The translations under genes were made by a program, and so were the position numbers. Below the pieces are notes generated by a model. That model was not told the origin of the DNA. It worked only from the letters and a program-made list of their open reading frames with translations, and searched no databases. From contig JAJYYV010000001.1 of assembly GCA_021800535.1 (NCBI GenBank), positions 84,641-148,640 on the forward strand: a stretch of 64,000 nucleotides of DNA, in the 5' to 3' direction. The stretch's first letter is position 1. Each line of letters begins with the position of its first letter. Positions 60,086 to 64,000 of the stretch are shown in pieces. The DNA is from a bacterium. GTDB taxonomy: Bacteria > Ratteibacteria > UBA8468 > B48-G9 > DTJG01.

Positions 60086-60750
60086 AAATGCCTGTAAAAG
60101 TATTACAAATTAATGAGAATATTCTTGCAGAAAATGATAAAATATCTGAAGAAATTACCAGGATATTAAAAAATTATAATATTATATCTTTTAATTTAAT
60201 GGGAGGTCCGGGAGCAGGAAAAACAAAGGTTCTTGAGCAAATTATATCTCATGTTAATAAACAATTTCCATGTGCAGTTATTGAAGGGGATGTGGCTGGA
60301 AGTTTTGATAGTGAAAGACTAAAGAAATTTGATATACCCATAGTACAGATAAATACAGGTGGAGGTTGTCATCTTGAAGCATTTATGGTTAAAAAGGGCA
60401 TAGAGCAGATACCACTTGAAAAAATAAAAATCCTTTTTGTTGAAAATGTTGGCAACTTAATATGCCCGGCTGAATTTAAGATTGGAATTGAAAAAAATAT
60501 TGTTATAAGTTCCACTACAGAAGGAGAAGACAAACCAGCAAAAAATCCCCTGATGTTTAAAGTTTCACAATTATGTATACTGAATAAAATAGACCTTTTA
60601 GACCCTGAAACATTTAATGATGAAAAATTTACTTCTTATATAAAGGATATAAACCCTTCATTGGAAATTATTAAATTTTCTGCAAAAACAGGACAGAATA
60701 TAGATAAAGTTATAACCAGATTATTCAATTTATATAACAATTCTTTTTAA
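60082..60750 (+). CDS. hypB: Hydrogenase nickel-incorporation GTPase HypB
   Basis: Walker A GGPGAGKT; ENVGNLICP; 222 aa. Confidence 0.85.
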   Translation: MKMPVKVLQINENILAENDKISEEITRILKNYNIISFNLMGGPGAGKTKVLEQIISHVNKQFPCAVIEGDVAGSFDSERLKKFDIPIVQINTGGGCHLEAFMVKKGIEQIPLEKIKILFVENVGNLICPAEFKIGIEKNIVISSTTEGEDKPAKNPLMFKVSQLCILNKIDLLDPETFNDEKFTSYIKDINPSLEIIKFSAKTGQNIDKVITRLFNLYNNSF

Positions 60751-60786
60751 AATAAAAATCACAAATTTTGTTCCTTCTTTATAAAA

Positions 60787-63075
60787 GTGGAAAAAGCTTA
60801 TAGATTAACAATTGAAGGACAGGTTCAGGGGATAGGATTTAGACCATATATATATAGACTTGCCCAAAAATATTTTATTAAGGGATATGTCTTAAATAGC
60901 AAAAAAGGTGTAATTGTTGAAATACAGGGTAAAGAAAAAAATGTAGATAAATTTTTAGCCCATTTACACAAAAATCCTCCTGCTCTTTCTTATATTATAT
61001 CTTTTAAAATAAAACAAATACCATGTAAAAATTTTTCTAATTTTGAAATAAAAAAAAGTCAGGATATAGAAAAAGGATTTATTTTCCCTCCAGCAGATAT
61101 ATCTATCTGTCCAGATTGTCTTAAAGAAATATTTGATAAAACCAGCAGAAGATATCTTTATCCCTTTACAAACTGTACGCAATGCGGTCCTAGATTTTCA
61201 ATAGTGCAGAAACTTCCTTATGATAGACAAAATACAACAATGAGTAAATTTAAAATGTGTCCTGTCTGTGAAAAGGAATATAACCTTGTTTTAGATAGAA
61301 GATATCATGCACAGCCAAACTGTTGTCCTGTATGCGGACCTCAGGTTCAGATGTATACTTTGCCTGAAGGTGCAATATGCCAGGGGAAAGAAGCGCTTTG
61401 TTCTGCTATTAAACTTCTTGAGAAGGGAGAAATAGTTGCCATAAAGGGTATTGGTGGTTTTCATATATGTTGCGATGCTACAAATAAAAAGGCTGTTTCT
61501 TTATTAAGAAGATGGAAAAGGGGGTCAAATAAACCTTTTGCTGTTATGGTAAAAGATATCAAAACAGCAGAAAATATTGTGTATCTAACTAACCCGGATA
61601 AGAAAATTTTGTCAGGGATTGAAAATCCTATACTTATTGTACCTAAAAAAAATAACAGGTTTTTAAGTAAAGAAATAGCTCCTGAAAACAATTATCTTGG
61701 TATAATGCTTGCTTATACAGGACTTCATCATATTTTACTTTCAAAAAGAGTAAAAATTATTATTGCAACAAGTGGTAATATAAAAGAAGAACCAATAATT
61801 ACAGACAATATAGAATCTATAAAAAAACTCAACACTTTGACAAAATATTTTTTAATACATAATAGAGACATTTATCAAAGAGAAGATGATACTGTAATTA
61901 GTAAAACACTTTATGGGTATTTGATGATAAGAAGAAGCAGGGGATATGTGCCCTTTCCTTTTCAGACTTCAGGGGCCATGAATAAAATTTTAGCTGCAGG
62001 TTCTGACTTAAAAAATACCTTTGCTTTAAGCGATAAAAAAGGAATTTTTCTTTCCCAATATATCGGAGACCTTGAAAATAAAGAAACCTTTGAGTTTTAT
62101 AAAAATACTATCAGACATTTTATACAGTTTCTGGAGATAAAACCTGAAGTCATTGCCTGCGACCTTCATCCGCAATATTTTTCAACACAATATGCACAGA
62201 CTTTTTCAAAAGAAGAAAAGGTCTCTTTAGTTAAAATACAACATCATCATGCACATTTAGTTTCATGTATGGCAGATAATAATCTTAAAAATGAACCAGT
62301 AATTGGGGTATGTTTTGATGGGACAGGTTATACAGCAGATGGAACAATATGGGGAGGAGAATTTTTAATAGGAAATTATGATTATTTTGAAAGAAAAGGG
62401 TCTTTTTTACAGTTTGTAATACCAGGTGGAGAAACCGCTATAAAACAGGTATGGAAAACAGGAATTTCTCTTTTGTATAACACTTTTGGTGAAAATATAC
62501 CGGATGTACCATTTATACATAATATAAATAGCAAGGATATAAATACAACAATAAGGATTATTGAAAAAAATATCAATAGTCCTGTTTCCTCTTCTGCGGG
62601 TAGAATCTTTGATGGTATAAGTGCAATCCTTGGAATAAAAAAAGATATCAGTTTTGAAGGAGAAGCCGCAATATTTTTGCAGATGAGAAGTGAAAAAGCA
62701 TCGGAAAAATTAAAATATGAGATGGAATTAACAGAAAACAAAGGACTTCTTGTTCTTGATTATAGAGCCATGATTAAAAAGATTATCAAAGATATAAAAA
62801 ATAAAAAACAAATAGAGGATATTGGATTGGGTTTTCATTTGGCACTTGCAAAAGGAATCAAAAATGTTGTTGAACAAATAAGAAATCAAACCGGAATAAA
62901 AAAAGTCTGTTTTTCCGGGGGCGTATTTCAAAATAATCTGTTAGTAAAATGTATAATTAAAGAATTTAGAATCTCAACATTTACCCTGTATTTTCATAAA
63001 AATTTCCCAGCAAATGATGGGGGAATATCTTTAGGACAGATAATAATAGCAAACAATATAAAAGATATATATTAA
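60787..63075 (+). CDS. hypF: Carbamoyltransferase HypF
   Basis: N-terminal acylphosphatase domain; two CxxC...CxxC zinc fingers (CPDC...CTQCGPRF; CPVCE...CPVCGPQ); YrdC-like and Kae1-like domains; 762 aa. Confidence 0.9.
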   Translation: MEKAYRLTIEGQVQGIGFRPYIYRLAQKYFIKGYVLNSKKGVIVEIQGKEKNVDKFLAHLHKNPPALSYIISFKIKQIPCKNFSNFEIKKSQDIEKGFIFPPADISICPDCLKEIFDKTSRRYLYPFTNCTQCGPRFSIVQKLPYDRQNTTMSKFKMCPVCEKEYNLVLDRRYHAQPNCCPVCGPQVQMYTLPEGAICQGKEALCSAIKLLEKGEIVAIKGIGGFHICCDATNKKAVSLLRRWKRGSNKPFAVMVKDIKTAENIVYLTNPDKKILSGIENPILIVPKKNNRFLSKEIAPENNYLGIMLAYTGLHHILLSKRVKIIIATSGNIKEEPIITDNIESIKKLNTLTKYFLIHNRDIYQREDDTVISKTLYGYLMIRRSRGYVPFPFQTSGAMNKILAAGSDLKNTFALSDKKGIFLSQYIGDLENKETFEFYKNTIRHFIQFLEIKPEVIACDLHPQYFSTQYAQTFSKEEKVSLVKIQHHHAHLVSCMADNNLKNEPVIGVCFDGTGYTADGTIWGGEFLIGNYDYFERKGSFLQFVIPGGETAIKQVWKTGISLLYNTFGENIPDVPFIHNINSKDINTTIRIIEKNINSPVSSSAGRIFDGISAILGIKKDISFEGEAAIFLQMRSEKASEKLKYEMELTENKGLLVLDYRAMIKKIIKDIKNKKQIEDIGLGFHLALAKGIKNVVEQIRNQTGIKKVCFSGGVFQNNLLVKCIIKEFRISTFTLYFHKNFPANDGGISLGQIIIANNIKDIY

Positions 63076-63104
63076 AAATGAGAAACTCTGGAAAATTAGC
63101 CATG

Positions 63105-63150
63105 AACCGCCGGATTACATCCCGCGGTTACTGATGTTTTTACTATTTTA
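63105..63150. terminator. Bidirectional rho-independent terminator between hypF and the convergent minus-strand gene
   Basis: GC-rich hairpin AACCGCCGG-attacatc-CCGCGGTT followed by a T-rich tract (ctgatgtttttactatttta). Confidence 0.55.
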
Positions 63151-63240
63151 TCAATCACTAATGTATTTACCAACTTCCGTTGTGTGGAGTAAATCCCCAG
63201 TTGGTTTGCACCCAGCTCTGATCTGTTCAATTCAGGTAAA

Positions 63241-64000
63241 CTATTGAGAAAGCAATATTATATCCCGGCGGATTTTCTTCCCGGATGCTAATTCTTTAAC
63301 CTGAAGACTCCATTTTCCTGTCATATCATTAATAGCAGGCGTCCATTTAAAAGTTGCTATACCTTTATGGGTTACTTTCACTTCTGATATCACCTGTTTT
63401 CCATGTGGATTTTTCAAGATAAACATTATATCTATTGGATTGAGTATTGGTTTATTTTCTGCTCCTATTACCTCAGTCTGTATCTTTACAGGAATTAATG
63501 GATTAATTTGTTCTGGAGCATTTACCTGTACTTTGGTAATCTTTGAAGGCAGCCATGCTACAAGCATCCCTCCAAACCGTTCCATTGATAGAAACATCTC
63601 ATATTTTCCATCAGATAATTTTTTTGTCTTAATCGGTTTCATACTTACAAGGTCATAAGGAACACCAGGTAATTTATCTAATATAATATCTGCTTTATAA
63701 AAATCTTTTTTTATTTCTTTTTTTTCCCAGTTTTCCACCTCTTTTATCTTTTCTGGTGTTCCAGAACCAGGGAAGCCTGCTCCCATTCGTTCATGACAAA
63801 ATTGATATTCTTTAGCATTCTGAAGGTTTACAAAGTATGTATATGGATATCCATCTGCTTCCATCCACCATGCTCCAATTTTAATATCATTACTTTTAAA
63901 ACTGGGTTTTATATATCTTGAAAGAACTTTTTTAATAACTGCAATACGATTTGCATGCCCGTAATCATTTGGGCCCGGAACTGATGCAACAGCATTATTA
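63241..64000 (-). CDS. C-terminal part of a larger protein of unknown function (N-terminus beyond the right edge)
   Basis: The minus-strand frame has no stop between 63865 and 64000, so the ORF continues past the listed Met at 63864. Confidence 0.5.
   Translation of the reverse strand, partial: NNAVASVPGPNDYGHANRIAVIKKVLSRYIKPSFKSNDIKIGAWWMEADGYPYTYFVNLQNAKEYQFCHERMGAGFPGSGTPEKIKEVENWEKKEIKKDFYKADIILDKLPGVPYDLVSMKPIKTKKLSDGKYEMFLSMERFGGMLVAWLPSKITKVQVNAPEQINPLIPVKIQTEVIGAENKPILNPIDIMFILKNPHGKQVISEVKVTHKGIATFKWTPAINDMTGKWSLQVKELASGKKIRRDIILLSQ

Overview
This window is 64 kb of chromosome from an AT-rich (about 30% GC), probably anaerobic bacterium; coding is dense and Lys/Ile/Asn-rich. The segment lies next to the replication origin: dnaA and dnaN sit at 38.6-41.1 kb, with three tandem DnaA boxes over the dnaA start. 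Reading left to right: (1) an alternating cassette of two GT2 glycosyltransferases and two SAM methyltransferases, 1-3.6 kb. (2) A formate/Mo-W cluster, 3.7-11.6 kb: a Cys-type FdhF-like formate dehydrogenase alpha with a NuoG-like Fe-S N-terminus, then mobA, moeA, fhs and a ModA/ModB-type transporter. (3) A roughly 2.3 kb island inserted between modB and the ABC ATPase, 11.64-13.93 kb: a truncated nucleotidyltransferase remnant, three 20-bp direct repeats, a wHTH-nucleotidyltransferase with an overlapping small ORF, and a RhuM-Fic protein. (4) Housekeeping genes, 14.7-30.5 kb: cca, an MBL hydrolase, an RCK K+ channel, folE, ftsH, gmhA plus a heptose-1-P adenylyltransferase, nth, a LysM-M23 peptidase, a dGTPase-like HD protein, dprA, thrS without the N-terminal TGS domain, arfB, and an ODC-like decarboxylase with a deoxyhypusine-synthase-like protein. 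(5) A tightly overlapped seven-gene operon, 30.7-38.3 kb: VirB10/TraB-like, lipoprotein, VirB4/TraC-like ATPase, small secreted protein, full secretin, GspL/PilMN-like bitopic protein and ComFC-like phosphoribosyltransferase. This is my candidate for an undescribed hybrid DNA-translocation apparatus. (6) secA carrying a roughly 370 aa insertion, with tRNA-Phe just upstream. The six-frame ORF extension runs across that tRNA. (7) An O-methyltransferase, a tautomerase and ahcY. (8) A 15-gene group-4 [NiFe] hydrogenase locus, 48.0-59.8 kb: HydB/AsrA-like and HydG/AsrB-like NAD(P)H module, HycB-like ferredoxin, NuoH/NuoB/NuoC/NuoD-like core, a full Mrp antiporter module and a NuoI-like subunit. It is followed by hypA-like (no zinc site), hypB and hypF. 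A partial ORF on the minus strand runs off the right edge.
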